Positions 12,713-24,728 of a DNA stretch of 64,000 nt are shown here, in pieces. Each line of letters starts with the position of its first letter. Positions within the stretch are counted from its first letter, which is position 1. This DNA is from Bilabrum cf. latius. Its lineage: Eukaryota. Under the pieces are notes generated by a model. That model saw nothing but the letters and a program-made list of their open reading frames with translations, was not told the DNA's origin and made no database searches. Both the position numbers and the translations under genes were made by a program. Location of the stretch: the NCBI GenBank assembly GCA_965178125.1, contig OZ237760.1:620001-684000 (forward strand), given 5' to 3'.

Positions 12713-14677
12713 TCAGGTCCTCCCCGCGGCACCCATCGGCACCTTCGGAACTGCCGACTTTTCAGCACTCTCCTTGCCATTCTGCCCACTCGTCGCCACC
12801 GTACCCAGCGCCACCGGGTCCTCGTAATCCTCCTCCCTCGCGACCTTGACCTTCCTCCTTCCCCAGCTGGTGTTGAGCAGCCCCCTGGGGTTCCAGATGT
12901 GCATGCAGCTCTCCGGCTAGACCTGGTACTGATCGTCGACCGCCCTGCACACGATCTCCACGTCTGCCTCCTTGGGCGCGGCGGCACCCTTGCCGCCCTT
13001 ACGCGCCTGCTCCAGCTTTGCCTGAGGTACGGGTACCTCGGCGCTCCACAGGGTCCACGTCCAGTCCCTGCCTCTCTTCGCCTGGTGCGCCGCGTCGGCT
13101 GGCTTTTCCTCCAGCTCAGCCTCCGTCCAGGTGTCGCCTCCGTCGGCAGACACGTCCACGCGCACGATCTTGCGGCCTCCGCCACTGTAGGCGTACCCTC
13201 GCACAGGCACGCCATCCACCTCGACCTCCCCCAGCGGCAGCACCGCACCCTCCTTCGGCTCGCACACCTGCCCCTAGATCGGCAGGTCCTGGATCGACGC
13301 GGCGGTTTCGTAAGGAAGCTTGGAGGGGTCCGCAGAGGGCGAGAATGACTTATAGTCGTGCTGCTGCCAGTGGGAGGGGCTTTCCTCCTCTGCCAGCACG
13401 ATCCGGTTGAGCCATTTTACCTGCCTGGCACCCACTACCCCGGGTGCAATCAGCCGCAGGGGATATCCGTGGTCTGCGGGGAGCTCTTCGTCGTTCATGG
13501 AGTGCGCGATGATGACGTCAGCGGACGACTGGAGCGCCTTGTGGGCCGGGACAGAGGCCCCGTAGCACTTCCCCGTGATGTCGCAATCAGCGCCCTCCGC
13601 CTGCACGTGAAGCACCCGCCCTAGTTCCGGGTTAGCGCCCCCCTGCATGATGCCGTCCGGGTCCACCCCCGCGTCTTTGAGAAGGTCCCTGAGCCTGACC
13701 CCCGTCCACCTCGCCGTGCCGATAGCCCCGTCCCTCCAAGAGAGCCCCCGGACCTGCCTTGCCTCACTCATCTGCTGCCTGCGGTTACCGGCGCACTGGA
13801 GGGTCACGGGGACCGTGACCTGCGGCAGCCGGTGCTTCAGGTCGTCCACCGTGTATGCAACCCGCTTGCCTCCGAGGCCCAGCCCGCTCACTTCGAGCCT
13901 GAAGCGGCCCGACTCGACGTCTTTCGCTGGAATGTGGGGAACAGCCAGGTGGTTTCTCTTGTAGTGAAGATCGTTTGGCGTGTAGAAGTGCGATGTCAGC
14001 AGCTGGGGGTTGGTCTCGGCATTGAACGGCTGGCTCGAGTTGATGTCGAGGCCCATGCCAGCCAACGGCCGGTCGGGCTCGTGCGCGAACGGGTCGCTAT
14101 CCTCCATCTATTTCTTTGGTTGCTTTCTGGGCTTGGCGGCTAACGGGACGTCTTCTGGGTGCAAGTTGCCAATGCGAAATGTCTCGAGAAGCGAGCGAAC
14201 GCTCTGGCTGTCCTTGTGTATGGCAAACACTTTCCAGAACGGTTCCACGGACCCGCCTGCCGCCATCATAATCTTATCTTTTCCTCCTGGGTGGCTGTCT
14301 ACAAAGTTTGTCACGTCATACACGCCATGTCTGTATATGACCCAGATACCGCCGGTTTCCTTCGACACGTGAGACTTAACTTCTTCTAGCCGAAGAGTGG
14401 GCAAGCCCGCGGTAGGTTCCCCGAGTACGATCCCACCATTGCGTGTATCATGCGATTCAACAGCCTCTGCATCATGCTAGCAACGCAACTGATACGTTCC
14501 GGCGCAGGCTGCGGCTAAAGAAGCGGCTGTTGCTGCAGCCCAGCCAAACGACGAACCGTCGAATCTTCGCCGCCCTTCCGTAACTTCCAACGCACCTAAT
14601 CGGCTACTAGTGGCCAAGCACGCTGCATTTCGGCACGCAAAGGCTATTCGCCAACTTCTCCGGCCTGCCTGACGCAT
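12713..14677 (-). CDS. SUOX: Sulfite oxidase (targeting peptide + cytochrome b5 + Moco + dimerisation domains)
   Basis: Cyt b5 motif VYDVTNFVDSHPGG; PFNAET, RNH, TLQCAGNRR, HGYPLR..PGVVGARQVKWL, GYAYSGGGR, IWNPRGLL. TAG at 14477, 14108, 13274, 12917; ends at TGA 12713. Confidence 0.95.
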
Positions 14678-14825
14678 CGAAAGGCTTGTTGAGCTCGCTT
14701 TGTCCTGGTGCAGCTGACCGCTGATGTTAGTTCCGCAACCGTCGCGCGCGGCGCCCCAGCAGAAAAGTGCACGCTACGCTTTCATTGCACTTGCCTGATT
14801 CCGGCCATCGCGGCCGAGCAAAAAC

Positions 14826-17800
14826 ATGCAGCAGAGTGATAAACTATCTCTTTAGGTTTCGCGTTGGGATCCAGGTCGCCGAAGGCTTCGTTGCTTCGAA
14901 TGTAGTTAGCAGTAGAGGCACGACTTCTGGGCATCTTGGCGACGGTTCAGGCTACTAATAGCCCTATCTGCCCTCGTTGTAGCCGCCAGGATCAGTTTTG
15001 TTCATATTATGCATAGCAGGCATGCTAGACTTCGCTATGAGACTTCGCTGGAATTTGATAAGGATTCCTAGTAGAAGCTGATGTACGGCAGACCAGCAGA
15101 ATTTACGCTTGATGATGGGCACGTTTCGCCGCCTTGGATTGATGATATGCCTGCCGCCGGATAGCTTTACTTACACGACCATGCTCGCCTGCTGGAAAGG
15201 GAGACTGGCGATTCGGCTGGCGAAGAGTCTGAACGATAGTTGCACCCCACTGAATACGACGAGGTCTTTGAGGGCAGTGGCAAGAAAAAGAAGCCAAAGT
15301 CCGACCCAAAGGACGATTTTACTATTCGAATCATGCTATGGGTTACATTGCCAGTGTCCATCTTGATGTGCCTCGCGCTGATGGCAAACTACATTACCGA
15401 CAAGCAGCGTCGTAGGCACCCTGCCTCGCTCGTCTTGGGTCGCTCCATCTACGATGCGATATGCTGCCTCGTTCTGCTCAGCTCCATGATCGTGCTGGAC
15501 AAGGACTCTAAGAAGGACGGCGGCTCGGACGCTGGCAGCGGCGAGGAGGACCTGTGCAGGCCTTTCAGCTTCTTTGTGGAGTTTGCTGCCCTGGGCGCGG
15601 AATTTTACGTCCTCATGCTGTCTCTTGATTTCATGATCGCGGTGAGCAACCCCTTCACGAACTTTCGCCAGAACAGGGGCCGCTACCACTTGGGCGTGGG
15701 CGTCTGCTCCGCCTCCATGTCGCTCGCCATGGTGATGATCGAAGGGGGCTACAAGAAGGGGGAGCCCTCCTTCTGGGGCGAAGACAAGGTCCTTGGGATC
15801 TGCTGGATTCGGAGAGACAACGGGGACACGGATCCCACCAACGTGCTGACCTTCTTCGTGGCCCCCATGTGCTTCGTGTTCGTGGTGGCGCTGTACGCAG
15901 TCATGTTCGCCAACCAGCGGCTCGGACAGGGGCTGCCAGCCACGCTGCAGACCCGGCTGTCGGTGTTTAGGACGCACATTGCATTTGTGGGCAGCTATGT
16001 CGTGTACTGGTTCATCTTTGCGGCCGCGTACATCGCCAGTTTGACTGAGAGCAAGAAGGACGGGAGCAGGGACACCCAGGGTGTGGGCATCGCGGTGCTG
16101 CTCGCGATCGCCGTGGGCTCCAGAGGAATCGTGACTGGGCTCGTGTGGTTTGCATCCAGGAATGCCATTTCCTGCTTGTGTGCAGGAAAGCAGGACGGCA
16201 GTGGCGGCTCCAGCAGGCGGCGGACGGGCAGGGCTAACGACCTGAACGTCGCCTTGAGGAAAGAGATCCTCTTCTACACTACCTTTGGGATCCGCAAGTC
16301 GGTCAAGTATGCCGGCAGGTTTCCGAAGTGCGACCGGACGGGCGGCGTGAACCCGAACTCTGCCACTGCGAGGCGGGAGGGGCTGGGTAAGGTGGGTATC
16401 CACTACAACCGCATACTGCTCACGCGCGAGTTCGAGGCGGGCAGCTGGACCCGGCAGAGGAGAGGGGCTGGCGATCATGGGCGCAGGGGGGCCGGGCGTG
16501 GCAGAGGCAGGGCAGGCAGAGGCGAAGATGGGGGCTCGGCAAGCAGTGCAGCCACGGCTGTGCCCAAGATTGAGGCCAGGGGAGAGACTGCGCGGGTGAC
16601 CGGGGGCTCGTCCGCCTCCGGTGCTCGCGGTGGGGCGGATCGCCAGGCCACGCTCCGGGCAGTCAGGGTGTCGGAGTCACACGGCGGCATCGGACAGCTG
16701 GTGAGGCGCGGGAGCGGCACGGTATCTGGGAGCTACGTGCCGCCGGCCATGGGAGGGACCTCAGAGCTTAGCAATGAACATGATATTGGAGCAGGTGCCG
16801 GGCAGGGCAATGGTACAGGTAGAGCGGGACGAGGCGCGAGATCTTCCGCCATTGCGTACATACAGCAGGGGCCGCGAAGCCGCAGGCGTCGTCAGGCGCG
16901 CGGCGTGGCCAAGCTGGCTGGCGCAGCGGTCCGGGCGGGGCAGCACGTCGCCAAGACGATCGGCTCCCAGATGGGCTCTATGCGGTCAGCAGCCGGGGCT
17001 CCAACGCGGACGGACTCCGGCACTTTCTCGCTGGAACAGAAGCGGGGGGAGTACCAACCGACTAGAGGAGCCTAGAACGGCCAGTCTCAGGCTCGCAGCT
17101 TGGCTGTGCCCGACAAGAAGCGGGCCTAGACGGTGGGTGTTGGCCAGTCTCGCCGAATCACCGCCATCTCTCTCCCACGGATGAGCCACGAGTACAACTA
17201 GAGCCATGACGGCGGCGGCGGATCTCCCCACCTTGGCGTGGTGGGTGGTATGGAGGGCGCGGAGCCTGAGCTGGGTCTGGTGGGCAGCGGCGTCGGCGCC
17301 TCTCCATCGAGGGGCGGTCGCAACGCATCGATCGGATTCGCGGCGGAAAGCGCACGCAGGGCACGTGAAAGTGGCCTTCCCCCGGGGATGCAACGGTCGG
17401 TGACGGAGATGGGGCACCTACGGGGCCGCACGTCCATGCCTGCCGCAGCGAAGCGCGACAGGCGAACCTCTGGTGAATCGAGCGAGAGCGATTTTGTGGC
17501 TGGGCTGGGCAACCAAGAAGAGCTTCGGCAGGAGCAGGAGCGGGAGGAGAAGGCTGCGATGGCCGGCGCTGCCGACATTCCCATCGCGTTGGTGAGCGGT
17601 GCCGGCGGAAGGGGCCAGAGCGGGGCCGGTGGCAGCACGCCGACTGGCGTGGCAGGTGCGCTCAATGCCGCTCTTGGGCTCGGAATCAACACGCAGGCGC
17701 AGCAGCAGGGCGCCGACATTTCTGCGCTGGTGAATCCCGACGGGGCTCGCTCTGACGTGGAAGTGACGTCATCGTCCGACTCGAGCGACGGGAGCTCAGC

Positions 17801-20800
17801 GTCAACTGGATCTACTGGAAGCGGTAGCCAGTCTGGGTCCGAGTCGGTGTCGGGAACCGTCCGAAGTGTGAGGACAGGGACGACCGGCGGCGACGCCGTG
17901 GATGCGAGCAGCAGCGCGGCCGGTGCGACAGGTCAAGACCACTCTATTCTTCGGCCAGCGCCTGGCGATGATAGCAACAACGGAGCAGCGGGTCGTCACG
18001 CCAATACGCCGGAGGGCAGCGAGGCCGGGAGCCGGCTAGCGTCCATCGGAGCCTCCGACGACAGCGAGAACGACGAGGGGATCGAGGGTGGGATGGCTGC
18101 CCCACGGTCCCGGTCGCGGGGGCCTCCGATCGCGGTTGCCACAGCGGTGGCCATTCCCGTGACTGGGGGTTCGGGCGGGTCTGGCACTGGCTTGGACGCG
18201 CAGCTAGACTCCGAGATGGACGCGATCCAGAGACAGCAGCAGCTGCAGCGCGCCAGTCACCACGATCGCAGCTCTCTGCCGCCGCTGACCGCGTCTGCTA
18301 CCAACTCGCACACAATGCGGTCCGTTCCGGCAGATTCGCTTCACAGCCTCAACGCCGGGGAGCCCTTGCGGATCAAGACCACGGGTGGGCGCGAAAGCGG
18401 CGACCGAGTGGATGCAGACAGCAGCGGTCACGCCACCCCTGACATGTTCTCGCGGATGTCACCCGCCCCGGGCAATTTGAAGATCGAAGATGCCTGGGAT
18501 ACAACGCACGGGGTCGCCGACCTGCACCCACCAATGGGCACCAATTTGGACGCTGCCTAGGCGCAGGAGCTGCGGGCTGGCTTGCTGGGCACGGGCGCGG
18601 GAGTGCACACTGGTATCGCATCCAGGCTTGCCCTGCATCACCACAGGCTGCAAGCGCAGGCCAGGGAGGGCGACGGGACCGGATCCTCCTCGCACGCGCG
18701 GGGGTCCTCTCCGGGGAACACATCGAACGAGGGGAAGGCGGCAGCGGATGGCACCACGACGTCCTTGAGCTCGAAGCACCACCACCACCACCATCACAGA
18801 AGGGGCAGCCACCATCGGCACCATCGGCACCATCGCCACGGCCACCACCGGAGCCACGGTCACGGTCACCACGACAAGAACGACGTGCGGACCAGGTACT
18901 CCCGCATGTACGGCGGGTACGGCCCCGGGCATTTTATTGGTGGATTCGGCGGGGAGCAGACGCATAACGACCTGATGCTGTTCGCCAAGCAGTGGGACCG
19001 CATTCGCAAGTGGATGTCGCTGGAGGAGCGCTGGCAGCACTCGGAGAAAAAGAGGCAGCACCGCCTCAGGAAGCTGAGAGACGCACCAGTGGAGGACAGC
19101 GAGGCGCAGACCCGGCTGCGGGAGCTGGTTGCACCCCATCCTAGGCCCATGCCCGGCTCTAACCCCACCTCGGCTGCCCCATACGAGCACACAACTCTGC
19201 CAGCGATGTCTAAGGGCGCCGGCAGCTTCTGGGAGAGCTGTCTAGAAGACACAATCTTCGGGGAGGTGCTGCAGTACCTGACCTGCGGGAACCTATTTGG
19301 GTGCGACAACGAGCAGGCGTTTGTTTTTAGAGACTACGAGCCGCACATTTTCAAGAGGATTCGGGAGCAGGATGGCATCGAGTAGAACGCATACGAGAGC
19401 GCGTTAGGAGAGACCCGTCGCGAGAAGTTCAGCGAGGGCGCAAGCGGAGCATTCCTGTATTTCAGCGGCGACGAGCGGTTCATCGTGAAGACGATGCAGA
19501 AGGAGGAGTGCGACCAGCTGCTGGCGATGCTTTCGGACTACCAGCAGCATCTCAAGGCGTACCCCGACAGCTTTCTGACTAGATTCTACGGATGCCACAG
19601 CCTTCGGATGTACGGGCACGTCATGTACTTTGTCGTGATGGGCAACGTCTTCATCACGCAAGGGAAGACCATCCACGAGAGGTTTGACCTGAAGGGTTCC
19701 TGGGTCAACCGGCACAGGCAGCCTGTGGAGAAGGGCAAGCAGATGGAATGCAGGTACTGCAACCAGAAATTCGTGGTGGGGGACAAGCGCGAGGACGGCA
19801 TGTGCACGGCGAGACCGAACCGCAACCACGAGCCCAACAACGTCAGCAAGGACAACGACCTGAATTTCAAGCTGAGGCTGGACCACGCAACCACGAGGGC
19901 TGTCGGCGACACCATCATCGCGGACACCAATTTCCTTCGCGACCACGGCATCATGGACTATAGCCTTCTGCTGGGCATTCACCGCGAAACGTATCACCTG
20001 ATGGTGGAGAACAACGACGAGAACGGCGATGGTCTCGTCTCTGGCGGCGGTGCCTCTTCAGAGCTCTCTGCAAAGCGAGGAAGCGGGACAGGGGGCTCTC
20101 GCTCGCATCTCTCGAGGGATGGAGGGCACGGGAACGGGAACGGCCGTCCGCCGCGCATGGGCCGGCACCTCGCGACCACCAGTCATATTCGCGGCGTCGT
20201 GGCCGTGTCAACTGAGAGCAAGCTGGGCTAGTGGGCCACTGAGGACGCGTAGAAGGAGTACATCGGGGAGGAGGGAATGCCTGAGCCAAGGGCTGCTAGC
20301 CAGGGCGGTGGGGCCTCCGCGTATTCGGCGGGGGCAGGCAGCCGCAGTGGGATGGGGCAGCGGGGCGGGCACCGCGGCGGTTCGTTACCGACGGATGGTC
20401 TCCGCGGCGTAGAGGATACCCGCCACCACGGGCACCACGGGTCCATGCGCTCGCACGTCTCTAGCCTCCGTGGCGGGTCCATGACCCATAAACCGAGCCC
20501 GCTCCGATCTGCAGTCCTACCCAAGCGCGGTGAGGGGGGTGGGGACCAGGCCAGGTCCAGGCAGTCCCAGTCTCGCGATCGCTCCTCAAGGGCCGGTCAG
20601 TCGGCAGGCGGGGTGGGACTCGACAAGACTGCGTCAGGGGCGTTTCACGGCAGCAAGATAATGGATGCCGGGGGCCAGAGCAGGGGCGTGCTGCGTCGAC
20701 TGGACACGCCGAAACCGAGGGAGGAGGGCTATCGCGCTGAACGGCGCACTGGATCCGGCGGCAATCACCGGGATCGAGACATGACGCAGCGGCTGCGGCG

Positions 20801-22607
20801 AGCTCCCACTGAGGGCGGGCAAACCACCTGGGGCCTTCACGTCGGTACGCCCACGGAGAGAGGCAGCGGGGGCGGTGGCAGCGCCTGGGGCCTGGAGAAG
20901 CCCCCCACTCCAGCGGTAGGGCGGTCGTTGGACATCGGGCCAGACGCCGGACCTGGGCATGGCCTCGCAGATCAGGCGGACGCGGAGGAGGCCGAGCTGG
21001 AGGCCCTCCGGAAGGGGGGCCGGAACCGCGGGGGTGTCCAAACCGGCGGGAACAAGCAGCCTTCGGGTGCGATCAGGGTGTCTGGCGCCCAGCGGGACGC
21101 CGACGACATGGAGGACGTGCTGGGGCTCGCGGTGGGCGGGTTTGCGGGAGAGCTGCGGGACGAGCTGTGCGAGGGGCAAGGTCGGAATTCAGGCGATGAT
21201 GCGCCGCCTTCTTCGCCGCCGAGAGGGGGCGTGCAGGACGAGGAGACACTGGGCATGCTGGCAGGTCATGCTGTGTGGTCCGACGCCCGTGGCATGGCCG
21301 TTGTGGACGAGGAAGCAGCGCGGCGGCCGGACGACGGCGATCTGCCCGGAGGTGATGATGAGGGGCAGGGGGGCGACCTCGGCGTGGTGTTGCACTCGGC
21401 GTCGCACCGCAACAGCAAGTCCAAGAAGGGTCGCGATAGAGGTACCGAGGACGGCAAGGGCAGAGGCCGGGCGGCAGGCCCCGTGGCGCAGGTGGTCGGC
21501 CTCAGATAGGTACCCTCACGTGGCTCGCTTGCGCAGCAAGCACTGGGCATTGCTGCTGGCGGCGTGGGGAAAAGCGAAAGCCAGAATGGGGCCGGGAGCG
21601 GCAGCGGCCCGGCGGTCGCCCCAGCACCAGGCCTGCACGCGCCTCGCTTCTCGCGTGTCCGTTCAGTTTTGGGGCACGACACAATGATGTCAGGAAAGGC
21701 CAGCGAGGCGGGCGGCGGAGGGCCGTCTGCTGCAGCTGCATCGCGTACAGTGGATGGGCATTCGGAGGCCGGAAGGGGAAGGCTGCGGCACAGGCGCGCG
21801 CACCGGCACAAGGGTGGTGGAGGCGCAAGCAGCAGCGCGCTGGCGAAGGCAGCTGCTGCGGAGGAGGGCAGGGTCTCGAGCAAAGAGGCTGGTGCTGGGA
21901 CGGGCGGCATGGTGGAGTCGCAGTTCCGCAGTTTTTACGGCGGTCTCCGCGCTGCGATGGTAGAGTCGCCCGGCATCTACTACATGGGAGTCATCGACAT
22001 CCTGCAGGCGTTCACGCTCGAGAAGAGGATGGAGCGCTTCGTGAAGACATACTTCCTGTGCCAGGACCCGCTTGGGATCAGTGCGATCGAGCCGAGGCAG
22101 TACGCGAGCCGGTTCCGCCGCAGGGTTGTGTACTAGTGCCTGGACCACTACGTGCCCACGTCCGACCAGAAGGATCTGGACTTCGAGGACGAGGCCTTGG
22201 ACATGGAGGAAATGGAGGAAATGGGCTGCCTGCGCGGGTGGTTGCGGTGCGAGGGGGACGATCATGAGGACGAGGTGGAGCGGATTTGGTTGGAGAGGCT
22301 GGCAGATGAGCGGAGATAGGGTTAGCTACAGCGGGTGGCTGTGCTGCGGTCTGGACATGGGTCTGGGCCCGGCAGGACGGGGACGAGGAGGAGCTCTATG
22401 CACGGGTCTGGGTCCGCGTGGGGGGTGCAGCAACCGCCGGTGCTGGGGCGGTAGGCCACGGTATCTGCTTACGGACGGGCGCGGCTGCCATCGGCCGAAC
22501 ACGCCAAGGCTGGGCCTGTCGCAGTTCCTAGGTCGCACGCGCAGCACGGCAGAGCGACCGCAGCTCTGGATTCCGGCGACTTGAGCAAGCCCCTGCTGCG
22601 GGACTAA
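14826..22607 (+). CDS. GPCR-PIPK fusion (7TM receptor + PIP5K kinase), ~2,590 aa, about 19 in-frame TAG
   Basis: 7TM region ~15330-16160, then the LR(x)9GI motif LRKEILFYTTFGI. PIPK motifs FRDYEPHIFKRIR, FSEGASGAFLYFS, FIVKT, FDLKGSW, KDNDL, IMDYSLLLGIH and YYMGVIDILQ. One frame with no TAA/TGA from ATG 14826 to TAA 22605-22607. The start could alternatively be 15009 or 15081. Confidence 0.9.
18777..18872 (+). repeat. His-rich (CAC/CAT) low-complexity coding tract within GPCR-PIPK
   Basis: Encodes HHHHHHHRRGSHHRHHRHHRHGHHRSHGHGHH. Confidence 0.8.
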
Positions 22608-22745
22608 TTGTGCATACCCGAATCGCATGCTCCGTTTCAAAGTTAGTGTGGTTGTGCCCAAAATGTAGTAACGCGATGACACGAAAGGCATTCGGATCAC
22701 TGGCAAACCCGGGAACGTCATCGCTTCGCCTTGCCTACCAAAACT

Positions 22746-22778
22746 TTGCCCGAAAATCAAGATTCGTTCGTTCGTTCG
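22746..22778. promoter_or_regulatory. Intergenic 33-bp motif TTGCYCGAAAATCAAGATTCGTTCGTTCGTTCG, copy 1
   Basis: 32/33 identical to 53046-53078; lies ~70 bp upstream of the Nudix ATG. A regulatory role is inferred from position only. Confidence 0.5.
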
Positions 22779-22847
22779 CTGCTCTTGAAATAAGCGCTAC
22801 AACTACTTGGGGCGTCATATTGTCCTCTTTGACATCCTTAGGGCTCC

Positions 22848-24587
22848 ATGTCAGCTTTCACTTTAAAGTGCAACAAGGACAGGTTTGGCGGCCGGGTCTG
22901 CGAATTAGGTCTGAGCTCTTCCCACCGTGGCTCCAAGCCGAGTGTCTCATAGTTCGAGGAGTACTTGGTGGAACACATAGAGAAATGGAAGTCAGAACAA
23001 GCTAGGGGCATTTGGATTAAGGTCCCTTCAAGTCTTGCACAATACTTGCCGCCCATGATCCAGCGCGGCTTTCGGTTCCACCACGCACAAGCCGGTTACG
23101 CGATGATGATTCGTTGGCTTTCGGAAGACCCGAATGATCCAGATGTGCTACCGGAGTATTGCACGCAGAGCCTTGGAGTAGGTGGGCTGTGTTTGCGCAT
23201 GTCCCCCCCGGGCACGTTTCAAGAACGAGAAGTCCTTGTGGTTGTAGAAAAATACAGTTTTGATGAATTTGATCGCTGGAAGCTCCCTGGAGGCGCCGTG
23301 GATCCTGGTGAGAGGATCTAGGATGCAGCAGAGAGGGAGCTGCTGGAGGAGACTGGAGTGGCTGCCCAGTTTCGCTCGGTCGTTTGCATACAGCACACGC
23401 CCAAATTTAGATTTGGCAGAGGGGATCTGTACGTCGTATGCAGGCTAGAGCCGCCCTCGGACTACTCTCAGCACGAGGTGCGGCCCCAGGCCGGTGAGAT
23501 CGAGAAAGCCGTGTGGATGCCAGTGTCCCGCTTCCTCGCCGACCCACACGTTCTAGCCACCAACAGGAGATTTGTAGCAATGGCCGTCCTGCATGAGGAT
23601 CGAGGCGTGCCCCACATGATCTTGGCCGGAACCAGCTGCCCCATCCCCGCCCCCGATGACCCCGAGCACCCGGACGCGCCGCCGCCCATGTCCCTCCGAG
23701 ACGTTGGGCCCGGCAGAAGAAGGCCACTCCTGCAAGACGCAAAGCCGGACCAATGGCGGCAGGGCACCTCCGCAAAGCTTACGGATCCGGCGGCAGCAGC
23801 ACTAGCGTCAGGGGCCGGCACACAGGACAAGGACAGGCACAAGGACAGGGACAGGCACAGCAGCAGCTTGGCACCCCGGTTGCTGCGCCAGGCCTCCGGC
23901 CCGTCGGGCATTGCTGAGACTGTGATGATGGAGCCGACAGATGGAGGGGACCAGGCCCTACCGGAGACACCTGCAGCCAGTAGCAATGGGGGGTCCGGAG
24001 GGGATGCAGCTAGTGGAGGCGCTGGATCTGGGGGAGCCTCCCCGCCCAAGGCAAAGAAGGTGTGGCAGTACAAGGTGGATGTGATACAGCCGTGGCCCAG
24101 GTGGAGCTAGGAGGCTGCATGCAGTACCGCTAGGGGGTTGAAAGGGGCCAACAGCGGTAGTTCTGCGGGAGAACAAGCCAGGCGGGCTGCCGCTGGCCAG
24201 CAAGGATTCGGCGCTCTGGCTACGGATGAGGCGGAGGGTTGGCCCCGCGAGTGGAAGGACGGCAGGGCGCACTGGTACCCATCCAGCGCTGACGGGCAGC
24301 TCCTCCTGCGCGGAGAGGCCTCGAAATCTTCCTCACCGGAGCTCGCCAAGGGAATGTCTCGAAGGGTAGCGACTGGGCAGGCCGTGTACGGGACTGGTGC
24401 AGACAAGGGGCTGGTTCAGACGACATTGGCATCGGGAAAAGACGATGTCACGGTGGCTGCTAAAGAAGGCATTGTCGATGGCGTGGCCAAGTGGGTTGGT
24501 ATCAGCAGCGATAGCGTGTTTTTGGGCACCATGGCTCTAGGGGTTGGAGTGGGCGTGCTGCTTGGCATCGCCTCGAGGCGCATTTGA
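22848..24587 (+). CDS. Nudix hydrolase of the NUDT6/AtNUDX type with a C-terminal transmembrane tail
   Basis: ATG 22848; DRFGG...WKSEQARGIWIKVP...GFRFHHA...LPEY; Nudix box GGAVDPGERI*DAAERELLEETGV with TAG 23319 inside the box; further TAG at 22950 and 24108; hydrophobic tail FLGTMALGVGVGVLLGIA; TGA 24585-24587. Confidence 0.9.
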
Positions 24588-24728
24588 GCCGGTTCAGTGA
24601 ATTGCAGCCTTAGATCTGCATAAAGCCTATCGACACTGTTCGACATCACATTGGATTTCACGTTGGAAATATATCGTAATCTGGCCACATCCGCAATTGC
24701 GCACCACAAAGCAGCAGCACCGCGCCAC

